From a virus (Duplodnaviria > Caudoviricetes), in IMG/VR virus record IMGVR_UViG_3300009149_000038, positions 1 through 56,489 of that record: a DNA stretch of 56,489 nucleotides. One strand, given 5' to 3'. Below, one piece after another: positions 28,723 to 38,877 of this stretch (positions are counted from its first letter, which is position 1; each line of letters starts with the position of its first letter). Both the position numbers and the translations under genes were made by a program. The notes under the pieces are model-generated. The model was not told the origin of the DNA and ran no database searches. It was given only the letters and a program-made list of their open reading frames with translations.

Positions 28723-29223
28723 TTAGAAAAGTTTCTTAGTCTGGATCTTGCTGGATAATCCTTGATGATTATGAAGTTCTTTTAAGAGATTTTCTTTGTC
28801 CATAACTCCTATTTCCCCATAGAGTTGGTCATAATTTATTTGGAAAAATTCGGCGAAACCCATAAAGATTTGTGAGCTAGAATAAGATTTTTCTTTTACA
28901 AGCCTTTCTTTAAAATAGTAATACATTTTTACCATATCACTCTTGTCCACTCTTTTGGGGTTCTTATATTTTTCCAAAAATGGGGATTGCTGAAAGATCT
29001 GATAAATTTCCTCATTCAGGGCCTTCAATGTCTGAACTTCAAACATATTATCACTATGCTGATCGTCATATCTTGCAGCCACTCTGGAATCTATCTTCAT
29101 TTCTCCCGAAAAAGCTTCGAATTCGAGCTCTCCCGTATTATAGGAATTGTTAATAATTTTGTCTTCTTTCATTATTTCTTTAGATTCGTCATCCTCCAGA
29201 AAATCATCTTCGTATTCTGTCAT
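28723..29223 (-). CDS. Hypothetical protein
   Basis: 166 aa ORF preceded by GATAAATA (29245-29252). Confidence 0.7.
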   Translation of the reverse strand: MTEYEDDFLEDDESKEIMKEDKIINNSYNTGELEFEAFSGEMKIDSRVAARYDDQHSDNMFEVQTLKALNEEIYQIFQQSPFLEKYKNPKRVDKSDMVKMYYYFKERLVKEKSYSSSQIFMGFAEFFQINYDQLYGEIGVMDKENLLKELHNHQGLSSKIQTKKLF

Positions 29224-29265
29224 TATAATGTGATATTTTTAGGGTATTTATCACATTAAATTTCA

Positions 29266-30738
29266 TCAAAATAAGTTATTTCCTGATTTATCTTCTTTGG
29301 GTGACTGGTTTATAGTTTCTGTTGGTTTATCTGGATCAATATTGCTTCCAACCGTAGCAGCTATTTGGCTTTGTGAACCAGCCCCTCCTCTTTGTCTGGT
29401 ATGTCCGCCAACGGTGCTATTCAATATAAAATCCATGTCTTCAATCTGAGCATTTTTATCTTCTTCTATCCTTGCATATTTCCAATTCAGTGTAAAACGT
29501 TTCCTCGTATTTTCTAATCCTGCAACCCTATTGGCTAAACATTTTAGATAATATTCGGATCTTGCTTTCATTTCTGCGGAAGTAATGATACCAAATAACA
29601 TGTCAACCGTATGAATAAGTGCAGCGGATTCTGAAACGTTGGTAATATTTAGATCTTCATTTTCCCATCCCCCTCTGTTTGTTTGAGTTACGGTAATTAC
29701 TGCCCAATCATGTTCCATTGCCATTGCACGAAGATCTTCTGATATCTGTTTAATCTTCATGTAGGTATTTTCCGTATTTGGGTTTCTCCAATTCTTCATG
29801 ATATTAATATAATCTATGAAGACGTTGTCAAATTTAATACCAAGCATTTCCTGTACCTTTAAAAGATAGGTAGTAATATCATTGGTTGAAGCAGTTGATG
29901 ATGGAAATTCTTTTACATGTAAGCTTCCCAGAGGTTTGAAAGCATTTTGTTTAAGCGAGTTTAACTTCTTTTTTAATAAGTCCTGATCCTCTGTTACTTT
30001 TTCATAATCATCCATTGGGATCTCAAGCAAGTTGGATCCAATACGCATGTTTACTATTTCTTCCTGAAGCTCAAAAGTAATGTAAGCTGTGTTAAATCCT
30101 CCAGAAACGGACCTGGCTGCAAGATTATTTAGCCATAGGGATTTTCCACTCTTTGGCCCTCCGAGAAACCCTATTAAGGAGCCTTTCCAATAACCACCCT
30201 TCATACATGTATCGATATAATCATATCCTGTAGAAGTTCTTGCTAATCTAGTTTGGAGGTGGGATGCTGCGTCAAAGAAGTCGGATCCTAAGTGAAAATC
30301 AAAATCAATTGCAGTTTCTGAGGTTAACATACTGCGGACTTTTTCTACAGTCTCCGCGGCATTTTCTGCAGTAATTTGAGAGGTCTTCATAAATGCGATT
30401 GCCTTACGCATCACATTGTCCAAATTACGTATTCTAATCCAAGGACCTACATTTTCATCAAGCCACTTTGGATCGTATGATTTTAGCTGTTCTTTTGCAT
30501 TGTATAGAGCATTTATAATGTCTTCTGATATAATTTCATTGGCGCCCTTGACTCTAACAAGCTCCGCCATTTGTTCTCTTTTCGGAGCATCCCCATACCT
30601 TTCGGCATGTTCTTTTGCTATCCCAAACATTTCCCGCAATGTCGGATTCGTGAAGAATTCAGGTTTAGCGGTATTTAGATAAAGTTTATTACCTAAAATA
30701 TAATGCCAAAATATTTGCTCTTGATATGCCTGGATCAC
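29266..30738 (-). CDS. Replicative DnaB-like helicase (T4 gp41-like)
   Basis: STGYDYID, GGPKSGKS, YITFE, VKEFP, IDYINIM, TQTNRGG and SESAAL. Confidence 0.95.
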   Translation of the reverse strand: MIQAYQEQIFWHYILGNKLYLNTAKPEFFTNPTLREMFGIAKEHAERYGDAPKREQMAELVRVKGANEIISEDIINALYNAKEQLKSYDPKWLDENVGPWIRIRNLDNVMRKAIAFMKTSQITAENAAETVEKVRSMLTSETAIDFDFHLGSDFFDAASHLQTRLARTSTGYDYIDTCMKGGYWKGSLIGFLGGPKSGKSLWLNNLAARSVSGGFNTAYITFELQEEIVNMRIGSNLLEIPMDDYEKVTEDQDLLKKKLNSLKQNAFKPLGSLHVKEFPSSTASTNDITTYLLKVQEMLGIKFDNVFIDYINIMKNWRNPNTENTYMKIKQISEDLRAMAMEHDWAVITVTQTNRGGWENEDLNITNVSESAALIHTVDMLFGIITSAEMKARSEYYLKCLANRVAGLENTRKRFTLNWKYARIEEDKNAQIEDMDFILNSTVGGHTRQRGGAGSQSQIAATVGSNIDPDKPTETINQSPKEDKSGNNLF

Positions 30739-30843
30739 TCTTTTTGAATTATTTTAATTAGATCGTGACTTGAATATTAAACACACGATTTATCTTTATA
30801 ATTTCTTGCTTCTTTAGGGTTCTGTTAGAATCAATAGGGTTTG

Positions 30844-31389
30844 TTAAAATGGTAATTCTTCTTTATATTTTTTTTCAATAACTTCAACGATTGTATTGAC
30901 ATTATCCTTGGTTGCTTCAATTTCTAATAAATCCCCTCTTTGTGATCCCACCATATTATAAAATTCATCATCAATAGCTTTTGCCTCCTCTAATGTCTGC
31001 AATCTCCCGTTTGGATTATAATCCTTTTGTCTTCTAAGAAAAACATTCAGATTTTCGAATGTTTCATGATACTTTATAAGAAGATCCCTGAATTCCTGAG
31101 GCTCTTTCCTCCCATAATAGGTTGCAAGAAGTAATGGAGAATCTGTTAATATAATTTGAACTTTTCCTTCTAATCTCTTCAGCCTGTGATATTGTTTTCC
31201 AGAAACATAGAATTGATTATTTAATACATGTTCCGATCCTTCCCAAACTTTATCCTTTGCATATTCGGTGGCCATCTCACAATCATAGCCTTTCCATTTC
31301 AATTCTGCAAAACAATGGGCCATCGTGGTGGATTTACCAGTCCCTGGCCCTGCGAAAAAATTTACTACTAATGTTCTGTTGTATTTCAT
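30844..31389 (-). CDS. P-loop nucleotide kinase / NadR-like AAA_28 protein
   Basis: FAGPGTGKST, EYAKDKVW, TDSPLL and GRLQT. Confidence 0.8.
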   Translation of the reverse strand: MKYNRTLVVNFFAGPGTGKSTTMAHCFAELKWKGYDCEMATEYAKDKVWEGSEHVLNNQFYVSGKQYHRLKRLEGKVQIILTDSPLLLATYYGRKEPQEFRDLLIKYHETFENLNVFLRRQKDYNPNGRLQTLEEAKAIDDEFYNMVGSQRGDLLEIEATKDNVNTIVEVIEKKYKEELPF

Positions 31390-31939
31390 TCTTTAATATT
31401 TAAAAAATCGTTTTCTTTTATGTTTGAAAATGCGTCGGATTCAGCAATTATATCAAAAGAAATAATCTGTTCTATTTCTATTTCCTTGTTTTCATTAACT
31501 GTTCCTATTGCTCTAGGTCTGCAATATAAACCCGTTGGACTTCCATGGGATATTTCATTCAGTATTGTTTTAACAGTTTTTCCCGCAGGAGTTTCCAATA
31601 TACGAATAGTTCCAGCGACTGTATTATTTTTTTCATCCAAATGAATTTCTTCACCTCATGAGAAACGTTAGCTAGATTCGAAAAATTTCCTTCTTTGGGA
31701 TATCCTAGCTGACCTAGCATCGTATCACATTGAAACCACTGATTATTTGGGTCCATTCCCCCCGACATTCCATCAGGGGCTTCAGCAAGACCTTTTTTCT
31801 TCATATTAAAGTATTCAACCATTTTCTCCGCACATTCTTTGGTGTAGATACGGCCGTTCAAATTTTCTTTACCATAATGAATAAAATTTCCTGTTAGCTT
31901 CATTACCATGGATGTTTTATGAGTTGATACTTGGTCCAT
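31386..31939 (-). pseudogene. Frameshifted prohead-protease (T4 gp21-like) paralogue with altered catalytic motifs
   Basis: ORF 31559-31939 has NLNGRIY...LGQLGYP...NVSH. ORF 31386-31640 continues GTIRILETPAG...RPRAIGTV...IISFDII in the -1 frame. Confidence 0.7.
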
Positions 31940-32172
31940 CCCTTATGCTCGATGAATCCAGAATCCTGAAGAACCCTTAGGTCTAGTTCTAGATCTTCTT
32001 TAATTCGACATCTAGTTTTTAGACTTACTTCTTCCTTATTGAATTCGTCCTCAAGACGATCCTCACGCTCTAAAAAAGATACGATTTCAAAAAGTAGATC
32101 TTCGTGGGTCGGATTATCAACTATACCAATAAGGTTTTTAATCTTAATCTTCTCCTTCTTGATCCCCTTCAT
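31903..32172 (-). CDS. Small hypothetical protein (winged-helix-like)
   Basis: 89 aa with an LRVLQDSGFIEH...Y pattern. Coupled to uvsX. Confidence 0.6.
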   Translation of the reverse strand: MKGIKKEKIKIKNLIGIVDNPTHEDLLFEIVSFLEREDRLEDEFNKEEVSLKTRCRIKEDLELDLRVLQDSGFIEHKGWTKYQLIKHPW

Positions 32173-33424
32173 CGATTAGTTCTTTAGTGATTTCTGCTAA
32201 ATCTTCTAGGGATTCAATGGAAGGCAACATAAATGTTGGTTTGATGACCTTCTCATCAAGTTCTTTCAGAATTTCTTTTGAGAATACTTTTTCTGTAAAT
32301 AATTCAGCCAAAGGGATTTCTCCCCCAAGATGTTTACATACTAAGAAAAATGCTTTTGGGTTGGGGTTTGCGTATCTTTTTCCATCATCTTTTTCATTTT
32401 CCGGCGTAACTTCGAAATATTTACATTTCTTTTGATCGGCCGGAGATAATTTAATGAATTCTTTTTCTTTAATACACCTCCCCCTAATAATACCAACTGA
32501 TTCCCATGAAACGAATGGCTCTAATCCAACAAAAGGATTAATAGGTTTATAAAATGGAATATGAAATTGAACCTTGATGGGTCTGGCAAATCTCTGTTTT
32601 ATAGGGGTAACAAAAATAGTTACTCCCACTCTTACAGCGTCCACACCTTTTTTCTCCGCTTTCTTTTCTGACTCGTCATCCTTTAATTTTCCCTTTCCGA
32701 GCTGGAATATAATAGACGCATTATATTTTACACCACCACCCCCAGATATTTCCTTAGCGGTAAACATGCTCATTGAATCATAAACATGATTGTTAATTAC
32801 AAAAGGAATACCATATTTTGCAAATTGAAGACCATTTACTCGAAAGAGCTTTCTAATGGCCTGCTGCTTGGTCATATCCCTTTTATTATCACCGGATTTG
32901 GTATCTTCCGATTCTTTTATGGATGAAAGGTTTCCAAGTGAATCCAATACCACTAATATCTTTGGCGGTTCTTCCCCCCTCTTTTTAGCATCCTCGAATT
33001 GTCCTGTTATTTGAGCAGCAATATGAGAGAATTCTTCCACAGTATACACCGGCTGTAGACGAACCCTTGAAGTATCTACCCCAAGTTTTGCTACAAAATC
33101 CACGTCTATAGAGCCTTCAGAATCAAAGTAAATTACATCATATCCCATTTGTTGAGCATGCCTAACAATGCTCATTGCAATAAATGTTTTGCCAGTTCCT
33201 TCTTCCCCAGCTAATACAAGGGATCTTCGGTTGGGTAGTCCTCCAAATAAAGATCCTGACAATGCAGCATTAAGAATATAAGATCCTGTAGGGATCCATT
33301 CATCAATTTTAGCAATGGGATTTATATCAAGGATTTCACCATCTGGGGCGATGGTATTTAGAAAATCATTCAACTGGGAGAAACTCCCAGGTTCTCCTTT
33401 TTTCACAGAAGTCTTTTTTGCCAT
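32144..33424 (-). CDS. uvsX: UvsX/RecA-family recombinase
   Basis: IPTGSYILNAALSG, AGEEGTGKT, YFDSE, VVLDSLG, NHVY and SGGGGVKYNAS. Confidence 0.93.
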   Translation of the reverse strand: MAKKTSVKKGEPGSFSQLNDFLNTIAPDGEILDINPIAKIDEWIPTGSYILNAALSGSLFGGLPNRRSLVLAGEEGTGKTFIAMSIVRHAQQMGYDVIYFDSEGSIDVDFVAKLGVDTSRVRLQPVYTVEEFSHIAAQITGQFEDAKKRGEEPPKILVVLDSLGNLSSIKESEDTKSGDNKRDMTKQQAIRKLFRVNGLQFAKYGIPFVINNHVYDSMSMFTAKEISGGGGVKYNASIIFQLGKGKLKDDESEKKAEKKGVDAVRVGVTIFVTPIKQRFARPIKVQFHIPFYKPINPFVGLEPFVSWESVGIIRGRCIKEKEFIKLSPADQKKCKYFEVTPENEKDDGKRYANPNPKAFFLVCKHLGGEIPLAELFTEKVFSKEILKELDEKVIKPTFMLPSIESLEDLAEITKELIDEGDQEGED

Positions 33425-33467
33425 AATATAATTGTTTATTATTTTATGGACTTACGGGGGAAAGTTT

Positions 33468-34079
33468 TTATAATTCTAAATCTATTTCGTCCTCTTCCTT
33501 TTTCTTTCCTTTTTCTTCTTCCCCTTCAGCTTCTTCTTTAGAAACTATATCTTCACCTTCAGCTTCTGTGTCTACTTCCTCATCTTTTGCTTCTTCCTCA
33601 TCTTTTTGAAGCTGATCAGCTAGCTCTTGATAATCCTCCATCTGATCAAGAACAGGTTTTAGCCTCCAGAAAATACGAGCCTCAGCATCTTCGGGAAGAA
33701 TAAATCCAGCCCAGTCAATTTCGGCCTTATCCGGAATAATTTGTGATTGTTTGATGGGATCCTTTGGAGCTGCAAAGAAATAATAAACTCTTTTATAAAG
33801 ATTACCTTCTTTATCCTTATAATCAATAAAATCTGGTTTGGTTGGATTTAAAATAGCTTCGGGATCAATAGTTATGCCAACTTCTTCCCTGGTTTCTCTA
33901 ATAGCAGCTTCTACTAAATCTTCTCCTTCTTCAACATGACCTTTTGGAATAGAATAAGTTCCATACCATTCTTGTCCTTTTGGGTGACCTAAAAGAATTG
34001 CTCCCTTTTGAATTATAGCTAATCCTGCAGAAAGCTGCAGCTGTTTTTTCTCAGTAATTAAAGATTCTCTTACTAACAT
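33468..34079 (-). CDS. NUDIX hydrolase with acidic tail
   Basis: Nudix box GHVEEGEDLVEAAIRETREEVG, N-terminal MLVRESLITE and a late motif at 34098-34105. Confidence 0.92.
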   Translation of the reverse strand: MLVRESLITEKKQLQLSAGLAIIQKGAILLGHPKGQEWYGTYSIPKGHVEEGEDLVEAAIRETREEVGITIDPEAILNPTKPDFIDYKDKEGNLYKRVYYFFAAPKDPIKQSQIIPDKAEIDWAGFILPEDAEARIFWRLKPVLDQMEDYQELADQLQKDEEEAKDEEVDTEAEGEDIVSKEEAEGEEEKGKKKEEDEIDLEL

Positions 34080-34123
34080 ATTAGTGGACTATTTTTATAT
34101 TTATCCAAGATAAAAAAACGGGA

Positions 34124-34852
34124 TTAATCAATCCCGTCTAATCCATTATCGTAATAGACCCCTTCACCAAATTCTTTTTCCTTTTCTTTCATGAGAAGGG
34201 TAAGTTCATAAAGGTTAATAGGTCTCCAGTTTATTTCGGAATTATCAATCCCGACATCCATGGAAAGACCTCGGTTTTGATATCTCCCGTGGACGTGTCC
34301 GTACAATTGCCATCCTCCATTAGGTTTAGATGGCCAGGAAGCCATTGGATAGTGACAAAGATCTATTCGTATTTCAACTCCGGGTCTCTTGAATTTGAAC
34401 TCCTTGATCTGAGTTACCTGAGAAAATCTGGTAGAATTTTTTATATTCTCATCATGGTTACCTAATATAAGAGTCTTATTACCATTGAGCCTATCCACGA
34501 ATTTCTCAGCTTCCTGTCTCTTTGCCATCGAAAGGTCTCCAAGAATAAAAACTGTATCCTTCTTGCCCACCCATTTATTGAAGACTTCCTTGACCAACCA
34601 CTGGTCATGGATTTTATTCATATCTTCTCTCCATTCCCTATCTTGCCAAATTTTGAAATATGGTTTCGATTCCAATATTTCAGCTTCTTTTTTTGCAAAA
34701 TATTCGGTTCTTTCCTTATCAAGATATACAGGACGATTACAAATAGGCACAATCTTAGGGTGACCCTGGTGTAGATCCGCGGTAAACCAGATGGTTTCCA
34801 TCTCCTTTTTAATTTCAGGAGTCAGATTCTCTAATATTTGTTTTACAGTCAT
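34124..34852 (-). CDS. Calcineurin-like metallophosphoesterase
   Basis: ADLH, LGD, GNHD, CHYP, GHVH and DVGID. Confidence 0.92.
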   Translation of the reverse strand: MTVKQILENLTPEIKKEMETIWFTADLHQGHPKIVPICNRPVYLDKERTEYFAKKEAEILESKPYFKIWQDREWREDMNKIHDQWLVKEVFNKWVGKKDTVFILGDLSMAKRQEAEKFVDRLNGNKTLILGNHDENIKNSTRFSQVTQIKEFKFKRPGVEIRIDLCHYPMASWPSKPNGGWQLYGHVHGRYQNRGLSMDVGIDNSEINWRPINLYELTLLMKEKEKEFGEGVYYDNGLDGID

Positions 34853-34876
34853 AGGGGCAATATAATGAAAAAAATG

Positions 34877-36061
34877 TTAAAACAACGATCTAGCATAGAT
34901 TAAATTCCCGGGTATTGGATTAAATCCTAATACTTCGATAAACCTATTGAAGGGCTCAATTACTGCTTTTTCAAATTGACGATCATAATCAATTTCAGGA
35001 GCAAATTCATAAGGATAATTGCCTGGTAAAAAAGCAAATACTTCATAATCTCCTTTTGCATAATAGTATTTAACTTTATCTCCGGTTTTTATAAGATTAT
35101 ACTTATTCTTAAATTCGGAATGGAAAAGCATATAATTATAAACAGAAGATGATCTTACATTAATTGGGCATTTATCCGCAAGAGTTATTGTTTTCCTATC
35201 ATCCAAAACATATTTTTCGTAATCACCGATTGATACACCTTTTGCAATATCATCAGGATCCTGCATTACAAATTGAGCTTTATATTCTTTCATCCTCTTA
35301 ACTGCATCCGAATAATCCAATTCCTTTCCCTTATCAAAAATATAGTTTACAAGCTCTTTTAATACTTTTCTAACAAATTTTGGGGTTGAGCTTTGAACAA
35401 TTTCTACTCCAGTAAAGGAAATCTTTTCCAACTTTTTATAATTTATTCCCGGGTCTGCCCATGCAGTATCAAGAATATATTTTTTCTTAGCCATCATAAG
35501 ACCAGAAAAAGCAATCTTTTCTAATTCGAAATTCTGGATGTTTTTGGTATTGAATTTCGCTGCATACTTTCCAAACTCTTCATTAAAATAAGCATCCAGC
35601 TTAACTTCTTTTAATTTTAAGATAAAATCTTTTGGATCGCCTCCCCAATCACACGAGTTTAATACTGGTTCAAATGACATATATGTGGAGTCTGTATCAT
35701 TATAAACTACTACGGTATCTCTGTCGGTGGTTACCTGTGTTACTTTTTTTAATCCAAGTTTTTCATGAGTTTCAGTATCAAGGTGCCATTTATTTAGAAA
35801 ATAATCATCTAGAATCTCGTTTGCAAAGAAGATAAGGTCTTGTCCCTGTAATGTAATTGCTTCGGCTACATAGACATTGTAACCGGTAAAATATATGGAA
35901 GCAGTAGCTCCATAAACAGAATTAATGAAAATTTTAATGGAATGTTGTTTCCCATTATACTCATCTTTTAGATCCTCTAATCGCTTAATCTCCGCTTTTA
36001 ATTCATCGGTTGTACAATTATGCGGATCAATATTGGTTAATTCAAATTTGATATTAGACAT
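34877..36061 (-). CDS. Family B DNA polymerase, C-terminal subunit (split polymerase)
   Basis: KIFINSVYG (motif B), YNDTDS (motif C), KKKY and GVEIVQSSTP are present. The exonuclease domain and motif A are absent. Confidence 0.9.
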   Translation of the reverse strand: MSNIKFELTNIDPHNCTTDELKAEIKRLEDLKDEYNGKQHSIKIFINSVYGATASIYFTGYNVYVAEAITLQGQDLIFFANEILDDYFLNKWHLDTETHEKLGLKKVTQVTTDRDTVVVYNDTDSTYMSFEPVLNSCDWGGDPKDFILKLKEVKLDAYFNEEFGKYAAKFNTKNIQNFELEKIAFSGLMMAKKKYILDTAWADPGINYKKLEKISFTGVEIVQSSTPKFVRKVLKELVNYIFDKGKELDYSDAVKRMKEYKAQFVMQDPDDIAKGVSIGDYEKYVLDDRKTITLADKCPINVRSSSVYNYMLFHSEFKNKYNLIKTGDKVKYYYAKGDYEVFAFLPGNYPYEFAPEIDYDRQFEKAVIEPFNRFIEVLGFNPIPGNLIYARSLF

Positions 36062-36110
36062 TTATCCTTCTTTTTATACTTCTTATGAAGGGATCTGCCA
36101 AAAGGTTTTG

Positions 36111-36344
36111 TTAATTTTTACAAATTGTGATAGGCCATTCAAACCCCTCTAATGGATATGCTTTGAAAAGCTTGTGTCCTTTCTTAATCATGTTATTTAA
36201 TGCAGCTTCCTCAATCCACAAAAATAAATCAAAACTTATACCGCTTTTGTCATAGTAAACCCGGTAAACCTCAGTTAGTTTACTATCCAATTTAGGTCTC
36301 GCAATATATTTAGAAGCATCTTCCACTAGGGGCAATATAATCAT
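36111..36344 (-). CDS. Hypothetical protein
   Basis: 77 aa, co-directional with its neighbours. Confidence 0.55.
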   Translation of the reverse strand: MIILPLVEDASKYIARPKLDSKLTEVYRVYYDKSGISFDLFLWIEEAALNNMIKKGHKLFKAYPLEGFEWPITICKN

Positions 36345-36397
36345 TTTTTGGTTAATAAAAAAATAAAAGGGGAATTTTTGTATCCCCCTTTTTTTAA

Positions 36398-37159
36398 TTA
36401 TTCTTCGTCTTTTAGTAATTTTAGTAGCTCCGGAATAATAGGATTTCTAACACTGTCTTCATCCACAAAGGGAACGGATCCTGCATATTCTTGTCCCTGA
36501 AATAATTCGGAGACCCTTTCCAAACAAGATAGTTCTTTGTTTTTTAGATCAATCTGCTCTGTATCTCCCAGAAATACCATTTTGCAGCTCCTTCCGATTC
36601 TAGTAATGATTGTTCTAAAGGTGTGCATAGATAAGTTCTGCGACTCGTCCACAATTACAATACAGTTGTCCATAGTAACCCCTCTTATGTAGGCAATGGG
36701 AAAAATTTCTATTACTCCTTTTTCGATGAGCCCTTTTGTTATCGATGGAGTTCCAAGAATTTTATCCAGATTGCCGGTAAAAGAAAACATATAAGGTTCC
36801 ATTTTATCCCAGAGAGTTCCTGGAAGGAATCCTAATTCTTCGCCTTTTATGGTTTGTAAGGATTTTACTAAGACCAAACGCTTGTACTTTGGTTCTGTCT
36901 TCATGAGATGTAGAGCAGTAAGTAGACTCATGTAGGTCTTTCCTGTTCCTGCTGGTCCTGTCGATATAGTTACCGGTTTTTCTTCGATGGACCTTCGAAG
37001 GTCTTTTTGTTTTTTGTTGGCGCATTTGATCTCCAATTTAATGTCGTGAAGTCTAATGCCCCCTTTAGATTCGTAAAATGTTTGTGCTGACTTATCCTCA
37101 TAGATGCTCACATCTTCAAGGTCGTCTTTCGTAAGGTTCTTTTTTCTAGCCAACTTCAA
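36398..37159 (-). CDS. phoH: PhoH-family ATPase
   Basis: GPAGTGKT, ELGFLPG, YIRGVT, DESQN, TRIG, GDTEQID and RNPII. Confidence 0.95.
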   Translation of the reverse strand: MKLARKKNLTKDDLEDVSIYEDKSAQTFYESKGGIRLHDIKLEIKCANKKQKDLRRSIEEKPVTISTGPAGTGKTYMSLLTALHLMKTEPKYKRLVLVKSLQTIKGEELGFLPGTLWDKMEPYMFSFTGNLDKILGTPSITKGLIEKGVIEIFPIAYIRGVTMDNCIVIVDESQNLSMHTFRTIITRIGRSCKMVFLGDTEQIDLKNKELSCLERVSELFQGQEYAGSVPFVDEDSVRNPIIPELLKLLKDEE

Positions 37160-37245
37160 AATTTATTTTAGTTGTTGGGCTCAAAATATGTATGGACCCC
37201 CTAGATGCAAAAAAAGCCTGTAAGTGTTACAGACTTTTGGATTCT

Positions 37246-38805
37246 TTAACGGAGATCTTTTAATTTATCAAATTTTTCTATTTCCACAATGACCTGTGCT
37301 ATTTTTGATTTTGGCTGATTGGATCGTATATAAATGCTTACCACATAAACCCAGCTATCAAATACCACCCAATAAATAAGTTTTACATTACTAGCCTTAT
37401 TATTATCAATAATCCATATCTTGTCATCATATTCGGATCCTGGTGCATGATATAGTTCTACACCTCCTTCTCTACGGAATTTCTCCAAATGATCCTCAAC
37501 TTTATCTGGGTCTCCTTCGTTATTACCAATAAGTTTAAAGAATGTTGGATTAACTCCAAGAGATAATCCATAAGAAGCTAATTCAATGAATACATTTTCA
37601 TTTTTAACTGCTTCCTCTATGAAGAATAACAACATTTTTAAAGATCCATATTTACCGAGATAGTTGGCTTTATCTTCTATTCCTTCACCAAATTTACCGA
37701 TATTTTGATCTTTAGTTTTATGAACAAAGATGTTATCCGAATCCTTGGCAATTTCTTGTTTAATTTTCTTTCGAATTTTTGTTATTTCATCCTTAATTTT
37801 TGGATTATCACCAAACCATTCCTTCTCCTCATCAGTTAGATTGTATTCTACTCCTTCCGGAGTTTCAATACTATCCACATAGCTTTTAGCATTTCCTGCT
37901 CGAGCCTTTTGTTCTTTTAATGATATTGCAGCAATCAAACTTGCGGGATTTTTACTATCTAGATCATCTAAGAATAGTCCATTAATCTTCCCAAGTTGAA
38001 GCTCCTTGCTTTTTTCATTTTTAGCTTCCTTAATAATATTAGAAATTTCTGGTTCCCTTCCTCTTTTAACTAATATTACATCCATCGGACACCACTTATC
38101 TTCCGGATATCCAGAAGCATCTTTACCAGCTTTTTTAATATCGTTAAATAATTTATCTCGATGAATAGACCAATCACCAATATCCGGATGGTTTTTTAAA
38201 TAATTTCCTATAGACATTGCATTGTATACGGAATCCAATACACCTGGATCATAATCAACCAAACTATTTTTTAGAAATTCCAGATTCTCTTTAGTAGCTT
38301 TAGGATCCAATCCACTAATCCCATCTTTTTCTATTTCTTTAATGATTTTTTCTAATAATGGAATATATGCTTCTTCAGCAGTTTCATCCTTATTAAATGG
38401 TTCATATTCTTCCGTGGAGTCAAAAAAGAAACATACCATTCCCTCTTTAAAATCTGTAGAGGTCTTGCCCTTTCCCGAAACCGGGGTTAAAATGAGCCCA
38501 AAATCATTTTGAGATGGGTCTTTTAGCTTAACATGAACTGTGCTATAAGTATCGGATAAGGCTTTGGGATTTTCCCTTCCGGGGGGAATTATCTGAGTTT
38601 GAAGTACTTCATATCCTAATTCATTAGCAGCTTCTTCAATATCTTTTCTAAATTCTTCCAGAGATACATTCTTTAGATTTTTAAATCTTTCGTATCCATT
38701 TTTATGGGGTGCATACTTATCTCCTAAACTAGATGCGATTTTTTGGTGAACCGCATTTCTCTCTGGAAATTGCTTTGCCTCTAAAAGTAAGGGATAGAAA
38801 TTCAT
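37246..38805 (-). CDS. Large late protein with a probable PD-(D/E)xK nuclease-like core
   Basis: DKWCPMDVILV...ISLK motif, N-terminal LLLE and a late motif at 38821-38828. Confidence 0.5.
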   Translation of the reverse strand: MNFYPLLLEAKQFPERNAVHQKIASSLGDKYAPHKNGYERFKNLKNVSLEEFRKDIEEAANELGYEVLQTQIIPPGRENPKALSDTYSTVHVKLKDPSQNDFGLILTPVSGKGKTSTDFKEGMVCFFFDSTEEYEPFNKDETAEEAYIPLLEKIIKEIEKDGISGLDPKATKENLEFLKNSLVDYDPGVLDSVYNAMSIGNYLKNHPDIGDWSIHRDKLFNDIKKAGKDASGYPEDKWCPMDVILVKRGREPEISNIIKEAKNEKSKELQLGKINGLFLDDLDSKNPASLIAAISLKEQKARAGNAKSYVDSIETPEGVEYNLTDEEKEWFGDNPKIKDEITKIRKKIKQEIAKDSDNIFVHKTKDQNIGKFGEGIEDKANYLGKYGSLKMLLFFIEEAVKNENVFIELASYGLSLGVNPTFFKLIGNNEGDPDKVEDHLEKFRREGGVELYHAPGSEYDDKIWIIDNNKASNVKLIYWVVFDSWVYVVSIYIRSNQPKSKIAQVIVEIEKFDKLKDLR

Positions 38806-38877
38806 GAAATACTTTTTCTCTATATATCAAAATAGGCGAACCGTAAGATCCGCCTATCTCTTCATGTATGCAAAATA

